This document shows, piece by piece, positions 43,435 to 53,016 of a DNA stretch of 64,000 nt (its first letter is position 1; every line of letters starts with the position of its first letter). Source of the stretch: Pseudomonadota bacterium. Its GTDB lineage: Bacteria; Pseudomonadota; Alphaproteobacteria; UBA2136; JAPKEQ01. The DNA lies in the NCBI GenBank assembly GCA_036141575.1, contig JAYZXF010000017.1:78077-142076 (forward strand), in the 5' to 3' direction. Position numbers and translations under genes: made by a program. The notes beneath the pieces were generated by a model that had not been told where the DNA came from, searched no databases, and saw nothing but the letters and a program-made list of their open reading frames with translations.

Positions 43435-43992
43435 TTATTTACATGGATCTGATGAGTAAGAACAAACTGGATTAGAAATAACAAAGTCACCATTACGACA
43501 AGTTACTGTAGCAGAGCCTGAAATATGGTTACCACAACGTGGGCGTGGGTGGGTAACTGTTGCAGTATCACCTTCATTGGCACCCCATGCAGTACTTGTA
43601 CATGTTGGATTACCATAGGCACCAGTCCATTGCACAGGTCTGCTTGTACAGCCAGACACTGTTCCAGAGCTGCCTGTCATATCATCGTGGGAAACGCAGC
43701 CTCGTCCATCTGCATCTGGGTGTGTTGGCCAGTGAATGCTTGGATCACCAGATGTATTGATACATGCTGTTCGTTGGTTCTCTCGTGTTTCAAGATTTGT
43801 TACACTGTTTTCAACGTTTGTCATGCGGGGTCTCATATCATTTGCAAATGCTTCCATCATATTTTTAAGAGATGTAAGCTGTCTGCTGATACCTTCACTT
43901 GTACGTGTCTGTGCATCAGAGTTAGAAATAACGATGAGGGATGCTGTTGTGAGAATTGCCGTAAAAATGAGGCAAGATTTTTTCAAATTCAT
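43435..43992 (-). CDS. secreted coiled-coil family member with 1 x 4-Cys module (F5)
   Basis: Signal peptide, 'SEGISRQLTSLKNMMEAF', loop 'CINTSGDPSIHWPTHPDADGRGC', and one Cys module. Ends in 'DPCK'. Confidence 0.72.
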   Translation of the reverse strand: MNLKKSCLIFTAILTTASLIVISNSDAQTRTSEGISRQLTSLKNMMEAFANDMRPRMTNVENSVTNLETRENQRTACINTSGDPSIHWPTHPDADGRGCVSHDDMTGSSGTVSGCTSRPVQWTGAYGNPTCTSTAWGANEGDTATVTHPRPRCGNHISGSATVTCRNGDFVISNPVCSYSSDPCK

Positions 43993-44104
43993 AATCTTTA
44001 TCCTTTACTTTTACCGGTTGATGCTACGCCTGTGTATGGGGGTGGTCAAATTAAAAAATGAAAAAGACCTAGAAAAATCTAGGCCTTATCACGTTTAAGT
44101 TGTT

Positions 44105-45106
44105 TTATTGAGGTTCACCATTATGCTCTTTAGAGAGTGGGTATTTTCCTTTTTTGTCTGGAATAGAGCCGTGGACAAGAATACCGTTTGCATAGTAAGT
44201 GTGGTCACCATCTAGCATAAGGTTGTAGAGGCGGCGGTCTTCTTCTTCCTGTGGGACAATCATGATGGATTCAATAAGCTGACGCTTGCCTTGTGCCATA
44301 ATGAGTGTTTGGCCAATTTCAAGCTGACCAATGTTACCAGAAAGTTGGTCGTAAGCTTCTTTCTCAGCCATATCTGGGTTAAGGGCCTTCCAGCCGTCTG
44401 TTGTCATAAGAGGGTGGTTATCTGTTGTAAAGGCAGTTTCACCGTTAATCTCAATAAGGTGCTGGTTTTTACCTTTGCGCAGAAGAGGGCGGTCAAGGTC
44501 TAGCACGGTGTTAATTGCACCGTCACGGCCCATCAGCTTATCACCAATTTTAACTTTATGAATTTCAAGGTCACTACCATCCGCCATAAGTACTTTTGTT
44601 TCAGCCGTAAAGCATGAGCCGCGGCAAACTGCTGCACAATTTTCCATACTATTAGGCGTTAGGTTTGTATTACAGCGGCAGGCACATCTCCACCCCACCC
44701 AAACTTGGTCGCTTGGGCATGTAGGAGGCGTGTAGGTGCCACCACCTGTTGGGCCTTCAATATCTGTATGTGTTACACAGTTATTGCTATCAGCATCTGG
44801 ATGGTTTGGCCAATACAGGCTTGTTGTTGATCTGTTATGGCAGAACGTTTGCCTATTAATAACTGTCTGGAGGTCTGAAATATCCGTTTGTGCTGTTGAG
44901 AGCTGTGTTTCTAGAGTGCTAATTCTAGAGCTCATGCCAGTAGACATGCTTTCCATCATGTTTTTAAGGGAGAGAACTTGCCTTGAAAGTGCTTCACCCG
45001 CACTTGTTTGTGCCCATACATTGGCAGCTAAAATGATTGTGCAAAGAGAGAGAAAGATTGCAATGGATTTAAGTATTTTACCCTTGAAAAACATAGTGGC
45101 CACCAT
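44105..45106 (-). CDS. secreted coiled-coil family member with C-terminal Hint/BIL domain (F6)
   Basis: 'AGEALSRQVLSLKNMMESM', loop 'CHNRSTTSLYWPNHPDADSNNC', then Hint blocks 'CFTAETKVLMADG', 'TTDNHPLMT' and 'HTYYANGILVHGS'. The start is at 45106 or 45094. Confidence 0.75.
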   Translation of the reverse strand: MVATMFFKGKILKSIAIFLSLCTIILAANVWAQTSAGEALSRQVLSLKNMMESMSTGMSSRISTLETQLSTAQTDISDLQTVINRQTFCHNRSTTSLYWPNHPDADSNNCVTHTDIEGPTGGGTYTPPTCPSDQVWVGWRCACRCNTNLTPNSMENCAAVCRGSCFTAETKVLMADGSDLEIHKVKIGDKLMGRDGAINTVLDLDRPLLRKGKNQHLIEINGETAFTTDNHPLMTTDGWKALNPDMAEKEAYDQLSGNIGQLEIGQTLIMAQGKRQLIESIMIVPQEEEDRRLYNLMLDGDHTYYANGILVHGSIPDKKGKYPLSKEHNGEPQ

Positions 45107-45197
45107 ATGTAGTTGTTAATTATTAACAATAGCTTATGCATACCTGCACAAAGGGTCAATATTTTTTATATAGAGTAGAAAAAGAAAGAGAGAAGCG

Positions 45198-45527
45198 TTA
45201 CTTCTTGATACTGACAACAAGACTGTTTGTCGGTGCATCTTTAAGCTCTTCTTCAAGGACGATGTTTGTCTTGAGTTTGCCCTCAAGGATGTCGCGTAGC
45301 ACGATCAGGCGCTCAATAGATGTATTACGATCAGTATCATCAGGAAGGGCAACCATAAAGTAATCTGCTTTTTGCTCTTTTGCAGCCTTTAGGAATGCAC
45401 GCAGAGACTTTGCATCATCCTGTGCCACCCAGTGGTTGCTCTTTTGATATTGAAGCGTGTAAGACTCAGCAAAAGAAACAAAAGGAGCCAGCACCAGAAC
45501 AGTCAGTAAAGTGAATGTACGTTTCAT
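45198..45527 (-). CDS. small secreted protein (109 aa)
   Basis: Signal peptide 'MKRTFTLLTVLVLAPFVSFA'. Confidence 0.55.
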   Translation of the reverse strand: MKRTFTLLTVLVLAPFVSFAESYTLQYQKSNHWVAQDDAKSLRAFLKAAKEQKADYFMVALPDDTDRNTSIERLIVLRDILEGKLKTNIVLEEELKDAPTNSLVVSIKK

Positions 45528-45565
45528 ATGCGGTGGCTCCTTGTTTTTATTCTTTAAATCCAGTG

Positions 45566-47452
45566 TTATAGCGCGTTCAGACGGAAGTCTGGACCAAACA
45601 CCTGGCGGAGTAGGTTGCCGTTTGGCTTCACACTCGCTTCAGCGCGCTTTTTAACAATATACTGGAATTCAAGGTCTTGACGCAAGCTTGCAGATAGCTG
45701 CTGTTGCATGGCTTCAACTTGAGAGGCCGTTGGGTTTGGCGTATTTTTAGCGTTTAGCTTAAGCAGAGCGTAGCCTGTAGGCGTTGCAACAGGGGTTGCG
45801 TAAAACTCATTTGCATCGAGGCTAAACAGCTTAAGTAGAGCTGCCGCGTTCACCCACTGAGGTGCATTTGTACGGCTGCGCGTTACACCCATCACAGTAT
45901 CAAGAGGCTTTGTCAGGTTTAGTTCACGCTCAACCTGAGCAAATGTCTTACCTGCTTTAAGGTCGCTCAATGCTTTGTTTGTTGTACGCAGTAGCTTTTC
46001 TGTACGTGCTTCATCCTGAAGGGTATCAATAATATCAATTTGAGACTCTTCAAAAGATTTTGTACGGCTTGGCGTTACAGCTGTTACATGCACAACATGT
46101 AGAACGCTCTCATCTGTAATAGGGTCAGATACATCGCCATTATTGAGGTTGAAGATTTCATCACGTACCACAGCAGCAAGTTCACGCTCTGCTTGAGTAA
46201 TGCTATCAACTTTAGTCACTTCAAGGTTAAGGGCTTCTGCAATAGCGGCAACACTTTGGCCTTCAAGAACCATGGCATCAATTTCGTTCAGTGCATTGTC
46301 AAACGCGTTTGCAGCTTTATCTTCAGACATCATCGCAATGATCTCTTCACGTACGTCTGCAAGGGCAGGGATAGCCGGCGCTTTCACTTCTGTCACTTCA
46401 ATAAGGTGGAAACCAAATGGTGTTTCAACTGGCTCAGATACCATGCCTGTTTCTAGAGAGAAGGCTGCATCAGCAAATTCAGCAACCATGTCATCACGTT
46501 TGAAGAAACCTAGGTCACCGCCTTTAGCTTTACTAATTGGGTCATTACTGAATTCAGTTGCAAGTTCAGCAAAGTCAGAGCCATCTTTAAGTTGTTGGTA
46601 TAGCTTTTCAGCTTCAACGTAGTCAGATACAAGAATATGACGTGCTTTACGCTCTTCTTCAGTTGTAAAGTCTGTTTTGTTGGCTTCGTAGTAAGCCACA
46701 AGCTCTTCTTCAGGGATGTCTATACCTTCAGCAAGCATGTCGTAAGAAAGAGTGATCACATCAGCGCTACGCATTTCAGGTACAACAAATGAAGCTGTGT
46801 ACTTGTTGTAGTACTCACGTTGAGCATCTTCAGTTGGCACGTCTACGTCTTTAATATCAGCTGTGTTGATGTAAAATACGCTGAGGTCTAGGCTTTCTAG
46901 GCCTGTTTTAGCCAGCTGTGCAGCTGTCTGCTCTGAAACAGGTAGGTTTAGAAACGCACCACTCATAAGAGACTTGGTGAGGTCTTTACGGATTTGCGCT
47001 TCAAAGCTTTCAGTTGTGTAGCCTTGCGCACGAACCAGGTTTTTATACACAGTTGCGTCAAACTCACCGTTTTCGCCGTTAAATGCGCCTGTGTTTACAA
47101 TGCTGTTGTGCAGCTGTTGGTTTGAAACACGCAGGTCAAGGTCGCTCGCAGCACCTGTAATGAGGGTATCTGTAATCAGGCTCTCTAGAACTTGTCTATC
47201 AATGCCAGCAGCGCTAATAAGCTGTGGCTCAAGCTTACGACGGTATTGTTTTTCAAGCGCCTGTACGCGATCTCTAAACTGGCGGTTTACGTCGTAAACA
47301 GAAATGCCTTCACCATTCACTTCAACAGCTGTTGTGTTGTTTGCGCCTGTGAAAAAGTCACTTGCACCCCAAGCCACAAAGCTAAGAGCCAGAATAATAA
47401 GGAAGGCTTTAAAGAAATTTGAATTTGAACTATTGCGTAGAGCTTCTAGCAT
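45566..47452 (-). CDS. ppiD: periplasmic chaperone / peptidyl-prolyl isomerase PpiD
   Basis: ATG at 47452 (MLEALRNSSN...). N-terminal TM anchor. Parvulin motif 'ARHILV...GGDLGFF...FGFHLIEV'. The upstream ORF extension to 47572 is rejected. Confidence 0.85.
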   Translation of the reverse strand: MLEALRNSSNSNFFKAFLIILALSFVAWGASDFFTGANNTTAVEVNGEGISVYDVNRQFRDRVQALEKQYRRKLEPQLISAAGIDRQVLESLITDTLITGAASDLDLRVSNQQLHNSIVNTGAFNGENGEFDATVYKNLVRAQGYTTESFEAQIRKDLTKSLMSGAFLNLPVSEQTAAQLAKTGLESLDLSVFYINTADIKDVDVPTEDAQREYYNKYTASFVVPEMRSADVITLSYDMLAEGIDIPEEELVAYYEANKTDFTTEEERKARHILVSDYVEAEKLYQQLKDGSDFAELATEFSNDPISKAKGGDLGFFKRDDMVAEFADAAFSLETGMVSEPVETPFGFHLIEVTEVKAPAIPALADVREEIIAMMSEDKAANAFDNALNEIDAMVLEGQSVAAIAEALNLEVTKVDSITQAERELAAVVRDEIFNLNNGDVSDPITDESVLHVVHVTAVTPSRTKSFEESQIDIIDTLQDEARTEKLLRTTNKALSDLKAGKTFAQVERELNLTKPLDTVMGVTRSRTNAPQWVNAAALLKLFSLDANEFYATPVATPTGYALLKLNAKNTPNPTASQVEAMQQQLSASLRQDLEFQYIVKKRAEASVKPNGNLLRQVFGPDFRLNAL

Positions 47453-47566
47453 GAGTATGTACCCTAATTTTTTATCTTGTTTCAGTAGCTTCTTATGAAA
47501 AGCCGTGGCATGATGCCAACGTTTATAAAAAAATACAACGCCAAACAATAAAAAAGGTGCAAAAAC

Positions 47567-48337
47567 GTGCAAGATTTTGTGAGACCTCTGCTCGCTGGAA
47601 ACTGGAAGATGAACGGAAACGTTGGCTTTTGGCGCCAGCTGACAAGAGATATTGCAGAAACAACGCTTGATTTTGATACCTTAGATATGATGGTGGCTCC
47701 ACCGTTTGTTGGTCTTGGCACAGTCTCAGATGAAATTTCAATGAACATGGGCACAAGCCTTGCTCTTGGTGTGCAAAACATTCATGCCGAGAAAGAGGGG
47801 GCTTACACGGGGGAAACCTCTCTACCGATGCTACGCGACTTTAAAGTCTCTTACGCCATTGTTGGCCATAGTGAGCGCCGTGAAATGTTTGGAGAGAGCA
47901 GCATTGATGTGGCAACCAAAGCTCGTGCGTCTCTTATGGCTGGTGTCAAACCTGTTGTGTGTATTGGTGAGCCGCTCTCTATCAAAGAAGGCGGTAAAAC
48001 AGAAGATTACATTCTGCATGAACTTGCAGAAAGCTTGCGTGGTGTGTTTATTCGCAGTGCAGATGATTTGGTTGTCGCTTATGAACCTGTATGGGCCATT
48101 GGCAGCGGGCACGCAGCAACACCGCATGATATTGCGCCAGTTATGCTGTCTATCCGCAATTACCTTATTAGCAAATATGGTGAAATGGGCTCTGGCGTAC
48201 GTATTCTATATGGTGGTTCAGTTAAGCCTGAAAACACTGAAGAGCTGATGGCGGTGCCAAATCTAAACGGCTTCCTTGTGGGTGGCGCAGCATTGAAATC
48301 AGAAAGTTTTCTTGGCATTGCTGAGAAAATGCGTTAA
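47567..48337 (+). CDS. tpiA: triosephosphate isomerase
   Basis: 'LLAGNWKMNG', 'AIVGHSERR', 'VAYEPVWAIGSG' and 'ILYGGSV'. GTG start. Confidence 0.95.
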   Translation: MQDFVRPLLAGNWKMNGNVGFWRQLTRDIAETTLDFDTLDMMVAPPFVGLGTVSDEISMNMGTSLALGVQNIHAEKEGAYTGETSLPMLRDFKVSYAIVGHSERREMFGESSIDVATKARASLMAGVKPVVCIGEPLSIKEGGKTEDYILHELAESLRGVFIRSADDLVVAYEPVWAIGSGHAATPHDIAPVMLSIRNYLISKYGEMGSGVRILYGGSVKPENTEELMAVPNLNGFLVGGAALKSESFLGIAEKMR

Positions 48338-48413
48338 AAAACAAACCGACTTATATAGATAAGAGATAAAAAATTAGCCTAAAACGGCAGAATAAAAGGA
48401 TTTAGAGAACATC

Positions 48414-48818
48414 ATGCTTTACGATATTCTTATGCTAGCTCAAGTTATTATTGCAGCTTTTCTTGTGATTGTAATTCTCCTACAACGTAGCGACGGTGGT
48501 ATGGGTGCCCTTGGTGGTGAAGGTGGCGGCGCGCTTATGAGCGGTAAAGCTGTTGGTGACACTCTGACACGCGTAACAACATGGCTTGGTGTAGCGTTTA
48601 TGGGTATTTGCCTTGTTCTTGCAACACAAAGCAGCGGTAAAGGCGCTGAAAGCAGTGTTGTTGACGCAATGGTCGCTGAAGAAGCTGCTATGGAAGAGAA
48701 GTCAATGACGCCAACTATTCCAGCAGCAGTAACAGACGCTGCCACTGATGCGAAGGACGCAATCGGTGGCCTACTAGAAGGCGCTGAAGCAGCTCCACTG
48801 AACCCAGTTGATCAGTAA
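48414..48818 (+). CDS. secG: preprotein translocase subunit SecG
   Basis: 'IAAFLVIVILLQRSDGGMG...LTRVTTWLGVAFMGICLVLA'. Conserved tpiA-secG synteny. Confidence 0.85.
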   Translation: MLYDILMLAQVIIAAFLVIVILLQRSDGGMGALGGEGGGALMSGKAVGDTLTRVTTWLGVAFMGICLVLATQSSGKGAESSVVDAMVAEEAAMEEKSMTPTIPAAVTDAATDAKDAIGGLLEGAEAAPLNPVDQ

Positions 48819-48845
48819 TTTTCTTTAAAAGACGAGGGATACACA

Positions 48846-49646
48846 ATGGCAACTCCAAAACTCGTCGATTTTTACGAAAAGAAATATGAAAATGAAGCAG
48901 GTCGGGATTACACAATCCCGACCTTTGATTTGGTTAAAAACCCACATAACCGTTTTGAAGCTACAGTGGATGCTATCCACAAGCACTTTAAAGGCGGTAA
49001 AATTCTAGAAGTGGGTGCAGGTAGCGGTATCGTTGCCTCAAGCCTTCTTAAAACAGGTTTAGAGTTTGAGAGTTACACGCTTTCAGATCTCTCTTCTCCA
49101 CGTATTGAAGCCGCGAAGCAAGCCATTGGTGATGAGCGCTTTACAACGGCTGTACTGGACGTAGAAGGGGATAATTGGCCATTTAAAGAAGATGAAAAGT
49201 TTGACTGCATCCTTGTTGTAGCCCTTATTGAGCATCTGATTGACCCAATCAGTGCGATGAGCCGCCTGCGTAATCACCTGAGTGAGGACGGCTTTATGTA
49301 CGTTCTTACGCCTAACGTGGCCCGCTGGGTGAAGCGTATTCGCCTGATGGGAGGATATTTCCCAGCAACGGCAAGCCGTGATGAAGGCCTCACAACATAT
49401 GACGGCAAGCCTGTAAGCTTGCATGATGAAGGACACATCCATTATTTCACATATCGCTCTCTTGATAAGCTGCTCACCCAATATTGTGGCTTTTCTCACA
49501 CAGTGAAGGCGCCATACTTTGAGGGGACCCGTATGGGACCTAAAGGATTTGAGTCATTTATGGCACGTCTATGGCCTGAGATGTTTGCAGAACTTGCCCT
49601 TGTCGCTTACAATAAAGCCAATGGGGAAGAGTCTGAAACAGCTTAG
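48846..49646 (+). CDS. class I SAM-dependent methyltransferase
   Basis: Motif I 'ILEVGAGSGIVA' and post-I acidic 'LSD'. Rossmann-like layout. Confidence 0.75.
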   Translation: MATPKLVDFYEKKYENEAGRDYTIPTFDLVKNPHNRFEATVDAIHKHFKGGKILEVGAGSGIVASSLLKTGLEFESYTLSDLSSPRIEAAKQAIGDERFTTAVLDVEGDNWPFKEDEKFDCILVVALIEHLIDPISAMSRLRNHLSEDGFMYVLTPNVARWVKRIRLMGGYFPATASRDEGLTTYDGKPVSLHDEGHIHYFTYRSLDKLLTQYCGFSHTVKAPYFEGTRMGPKGFESFMARLWPEMFAELALVAYNKANGEESETA

Positions 49647-50175
49647 TCTATTACTGGGAGCATCTGCTCTCCTTTCTGGCTGTTTTCTCCTGCCACAAGA
49701 AACTATTCAAACCCGTAACAACTTTGGTAACTATAACCATGCACGCGATACATTTGATCGTGTAGTTCTTGGTTATACCAGTCGTGATGATCTTGAAATG
49801 TTTGGTTTTGCGCCTGGGCGTGCAGCAAACGTCCATGTGTTGAACTATTTGCAAGTGGCAAACCGTTTAAGTCCGTTACTACGTGGTAACCTGCCGTACG
49901 GGGTTCAACAGTGTTTTAAAGCACAAGACCATTGCCAAGCTTATGTGGTTTCTGTCAACGATATCAATAAGAGACGTTACGGTAACCCAGCGTTTGACCT
50001 TATGAATTTCCAACGTAAAACCCGTACAACAGGGTGGAAAATGGAAGCGATGTTTGTGATGGTTGGCGATATTGTTGTGCATAAGAGTTGGGATGGTACG
50101 CCTGAAATTGAAGAGTACCGTAAACGTACAAACCCACTGGGTCCTTTCCAGAACGCCAGGGGGCTTATTCGTTAA
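49621..50175 (+). CDS. lipoprotein, paralog pair member 1
   Basis: ATG at 49621, lipobox 'ALLSGC'. Shares 'NRLSPLL...YVVSVNDI..RYGN...KSWDGTP...NPLGP' with 50186-50752. Confidence 0.65.
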   Translation: MGKSLKQLSLLLGASALLSGCFLLPQETIQTRNNFGNYNHARDTFDRVVLGYTSRDDLEMFGFAPGRAANVHVLNYLQVANRLSPLLRGNLPYGVQQCFKAQDHCQAYVVSVNDINKRRYGNPAFDLMNFQRKTRTTGWKMEAMFVMVGDIVVHKSWDGTPEIEEYRKRTNPLGPFQNARGLIR

Positions 50176-50185
50176 TCTTTAGGGC

Positions 50186-50752
50186 TTAAGTGCCTGGAAT
50201 CAATCCACCTACATTTTGCATAGGGCCAAGCGGTTTCACTTTTTTCTCGTACGCCTTAATAGATGGCGTTCCGCTCCAGCTTTTATAGACAACGATGTCA
50301 TCTACAAAGAGCAGTGTACTTGAGGCTTTCCAGCCTGAAATCTCTGTATTACGCCTAAATGCGAGGAAATCGACAACAATATTACCGTATCGATCACGTT
50401 GAATATCACTCACATCAACAACGTAACCAACACATTTCAGCTCTGCATCGAGGCATTTTTTAACACCTTTTGGTAGTTTGCTCTGGAATAGAGGGCTCAT
50501 GCGGTTAATCACGTCTACATAATTGAGAATCTCTATATTGGGAAGATTATCTAAATCAATATCAAAATTTAAGAAATCAGCTTTTGAAGTTTTATCCACT
50601 TCAATAAGGTCATACGCGGCTTTTGCCGCTTCATAGCTTTCCCAAATGCTATCGGTATGTGTGCTTTGTTGAGGAAGTACTCCTCTACAACCCGTAATAG
50701 AAAGGCCTAAAATCAAACACATAGCCAAACGGCTTGTTAAATACCTCTGCAT
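50186..50752 (-). CDS. lipoprotein, paralog pair member 2
   Basis: Lipobox 'LSITGC'. 'NRMSPLF...YVVDVSDI..RYGN...KSWSGTP...KPLGP'. Convergent with its paralog. Confidence 0.65.
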   Translation of the reverse strand: MQRYLTSRLAMCLILGLSITGCRGVLPQQSTHTDSIWESYEAAKAAYDLIEVDKTSKADFLNFDIDLDNLPNIEILNYVDVINRMSPLFQSKLPKGVKKCLDAELKCVGYVVDVSDIQRDRYGNIVVDFLAFRRNTEISGWKASSTLLFVDDIVVYKSWSGTPSIKAYEKKVKPLGPMQNVGGLIPGT

Positions 50753-50848
50753 ATAGCATTTTCTCCCTCTTATTCTACAATCTTATGTATGTGAACAAAA
50801 ATGGTTCTATATATGTCATTTTGGCACAGTGCTTGTATGTAAAATCAC

Positions 50849-52951
50849 GTGATGGCTATAAAAAGAACAAGAAATATCGTCCTAAGCGCTGTTTTAACGG
50901 CGGTTTTCTTGCATTCTGAAAGCCTTTACGCACAAAATTTCCCAGATAGCGCTCGTACAGAAAGCATTCTAAAGAGCTTAGAGCCTGTCAAAACACCTGA
51001 TGCAGACCTTGAGAGAAGCACGCTTCCAGATAAACCTGAGCCTATAGCCACACAACCAAAGGCACAGGAAAAGTCTGACAGCGAGCCACAAAAGGCTGAT
51101 ACAAAAGATGAAAAACTTCCTGACGTAGAGACAGAGGATATCAGTAGCGGTCTTGGTATCGCCAAAATTCAAAAAGCTGTGCCGTCTGAGCCTGAGTTTG
51201 AGGTAAAAACCATTGAGGTGAAGGGAAGTACTGTATTTGATGAGCGGGCACTTCGTCCATACCTTGCTGCGATGGAAGGAGACTGGCAAACCTTGTCTAA
51301 ACTTAAAGGCCTAGCCGACACACTGACACGCTTGTACCAATCTGAAGGGTACATTTTGTCGCGTGTGGTGGTGCCAGCGCAGGAAATTACATCTGGCCAC
51401 GTTGTTCTACAAGCGGTGGAAGGCAGCATTCAAGATATTCACTTTGTGGGTGATCTCCCAGAAGAGGGACGCTTGATCCAGAAGTATGCAGAAGAAATTA
51501 AAAAGTCAGTGCCTCTTAACATTAAGCAACTTGAGCGCTCAACGCTTCTTATGAATGACCTACCGGGTCTGAGCGCAAAGGCGGTACTTAGCCCTGCAAA
51601 AGATGTGACACAGCGTTTTGAAACGGGTGTAGATACAACGCAGCAAAGCTATAAGCTTCGTCAAACGCTCAAAGCGATGGGGCTTACTGAAAACCAAATT
51701 GGTAACTATGTGGATATTGTTGGCGCTGTACAGGCTGCTAATGTGAAGCAAGTTCAAGCGACAGACCTATCTCTCATCCTGCAAGGTATGGGTATTCCTG
51801 ATAACCAACGTAAGATTCTTGTAAAGAAAGCTGTTGAAGCTTCAGACCGTAACCGCTTGCAAAGCAATACACAGCAAGTGACAGAAGCACTCGTGTCTCT
51901 ATCTGACCTCAATATTTACATTGAGAGCAAAGAGAAAACAGCAAGCCTAGCCATTGATAACTTCGGAACCAAGTTTGTGGGCCCAATTCAAGTGACGGGT
52001 GCGCTGAGTATTGCCCATGACGATGAGGCCCGTAGTGAAACCTCTCTAGGCTTTAGTACATCTGCTGATATGAAAGAGATGAAGTTTGGTGAAATTAAGC
52101 ACAAACGCCAAATTGGCGATAAAGGAACCACTGTAGAAGGGACATACAGTATTGCACGCTCTGAGCCGGGCAGCACGCTTGCTGACCTTGAGTTTGAAAG
52201 TGCATCTGATGTAATTGGCGTAACGGTAGAACATCCTGTAATCCGTAGCCGTAGTAAAAACCTAAAGGTTCGTGCCACAGCTGATGCGCGTAGCAGTGAG
52301 GTGAAAACACTTGGTGACCGCTTTAGTAAAGATACCACGCGTAGTGTGCGCCTTGGTGCAACATATGACTTTGCTGATGAGTACAAAGGAATCAACCTTA
52401 TTGATGTGGAATTGAGTAAAGGCCTAGATATTCTTGGTGGTGACGATAGATCAACAACGTCACGTGCAGATGGCCAGCAGGACTACACAAAGGTTGCTGC
52501 TCAGCTTTCGCGTCTGCAACGACTTGGTAAGTTTACCAACCTTCTCGCCACTGTACGCGGTCAGTATGCCTTTAACCCACTTCTAGCGAGTGAAGAGTTT
52601 AGCTTTGGTGGCGCGTCTCAGGGGCGTGGATTTGACCCAGCAGAGCTTACGGGTGACCATGGTATTGGCGGTACACTACAGCTTTCGTATGACTTGCCAA
52701 TGTGCCGTAAGTGCCTGAAAGATATTAGTATGTACGGTTTCTATGATGCGGGTATGGTCTGGGAAGAAAATGGCGGTACTGGTGATGATAGAAGCTTTGC
52801 TTCAAGTGCGGGTCTTGGTGCAAGTATGAACTTTACAGATAAGCTTAGCGGTAAGATTGAGTTTGCCAAGCCTTTGGTTGGTTCGCGTGGCAATGATAGC
52901 GAAGATGCAAAAGCACCTGTGGTGTTAATGCGCCTAAAAGGACAATTATAA
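50849..52951 (+). CDS. two-partner secretion outer-membrane transporter (ShlB/FhaC/HecB family TpsB)
   Basis: Signal peptide. POTRA 'IEVKGSTVF...LYQSEGYILSRVVVPAQEITSGHVVLQAVEG'. C-terminal beta-barrel. Directly upstream of tpsA. GTG at 50849 or ATG at 50852. Confidence 0.85.
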   Translation: MMAIKRTRNIVLSAVLTAVFLHSESLYAQNFPDSARTESILKSLEPVKTPDADLERSTLPDKPEPIATQPKAQEKSDSEPQKADTKDEKLPDVETEDISSGLGIAKIQKAVPSEPEFEVKTIEVKGSTVFDERALRPYLAAMEGDWQTLSKLKGLADTLTRLYQSEGYILSRVVVPAQEITSGHVVLQAVEGSIQDIHFVGDLPEEGRLIQKYAEEIKKSVPLNIKQLERSTLLMNDLPGLSAKAVLSPAKDVTQRFETGVDTTQQSYKLRQTLKAMGLTENQIGNYVDIVGAVQAANVKQVQATDLSLILQGMGIPDNQRKILVKKAVEASDRNRLQSNTQQVTEALVSLSDLNIYIESKEKTASLAIDNFGTKFVGPIQVTGALSIAHDDEARSETSLGFSTSADMKEMKFGEIKHKRQIGDKGTTVEGTYSIARSEPGSTLADLEFESASDVIGVTVEHPVIRSRSKNLKVRATADARSSEVKTLGDRFSKDTTRSVRLGATYDFADEYKGINLIDVELSKGLDILGGDDRSTTSRADGQQDYTKVAAQLSRLQRLGKFTNLLATVRGQYAFNPLLASEEFSFGGASQGRGFDPAELTGDHGIGGTLQLSYDLPMCRKCLKDISMYGFYDAGMVWEENGGTGDDRSFASSAGLGASMNFTDKLSGKIEFAKPLVGSRGNDSEDAKAPVVLMRLKGQL

Positions 52952-53016
52952 ACAACTGACAGGCGGAAACATTAATAAAACCGCTTATAAGAACTTAAGG
53001 AAAGTAAAACATTAAC

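Noticed and set aside
44168-44614. True self-splicing intein
   Set aside because: The domain is C-terminal with only a 20-aa tail, so there is no C-extein protein to ligate. The terminal Asn is replaced by Gly. It is better described as a Hint/BIL autoprocessing domain.
47453-47572. N-terminal 40-aa extension of ppiD overlapping the tpiA start
   Set aside because: The extension (MHVFAPFLLF...) precedes the canonical PpiD N-terminus and TM anchor, which begins at the ATG at 47452, and would overlap the divergent tpiA start. The same reasoning was applied to the long forms of 17056-17655, 17704-18396, 10276-10920, 14222-14827, 49519-50175 and 5967-7715.
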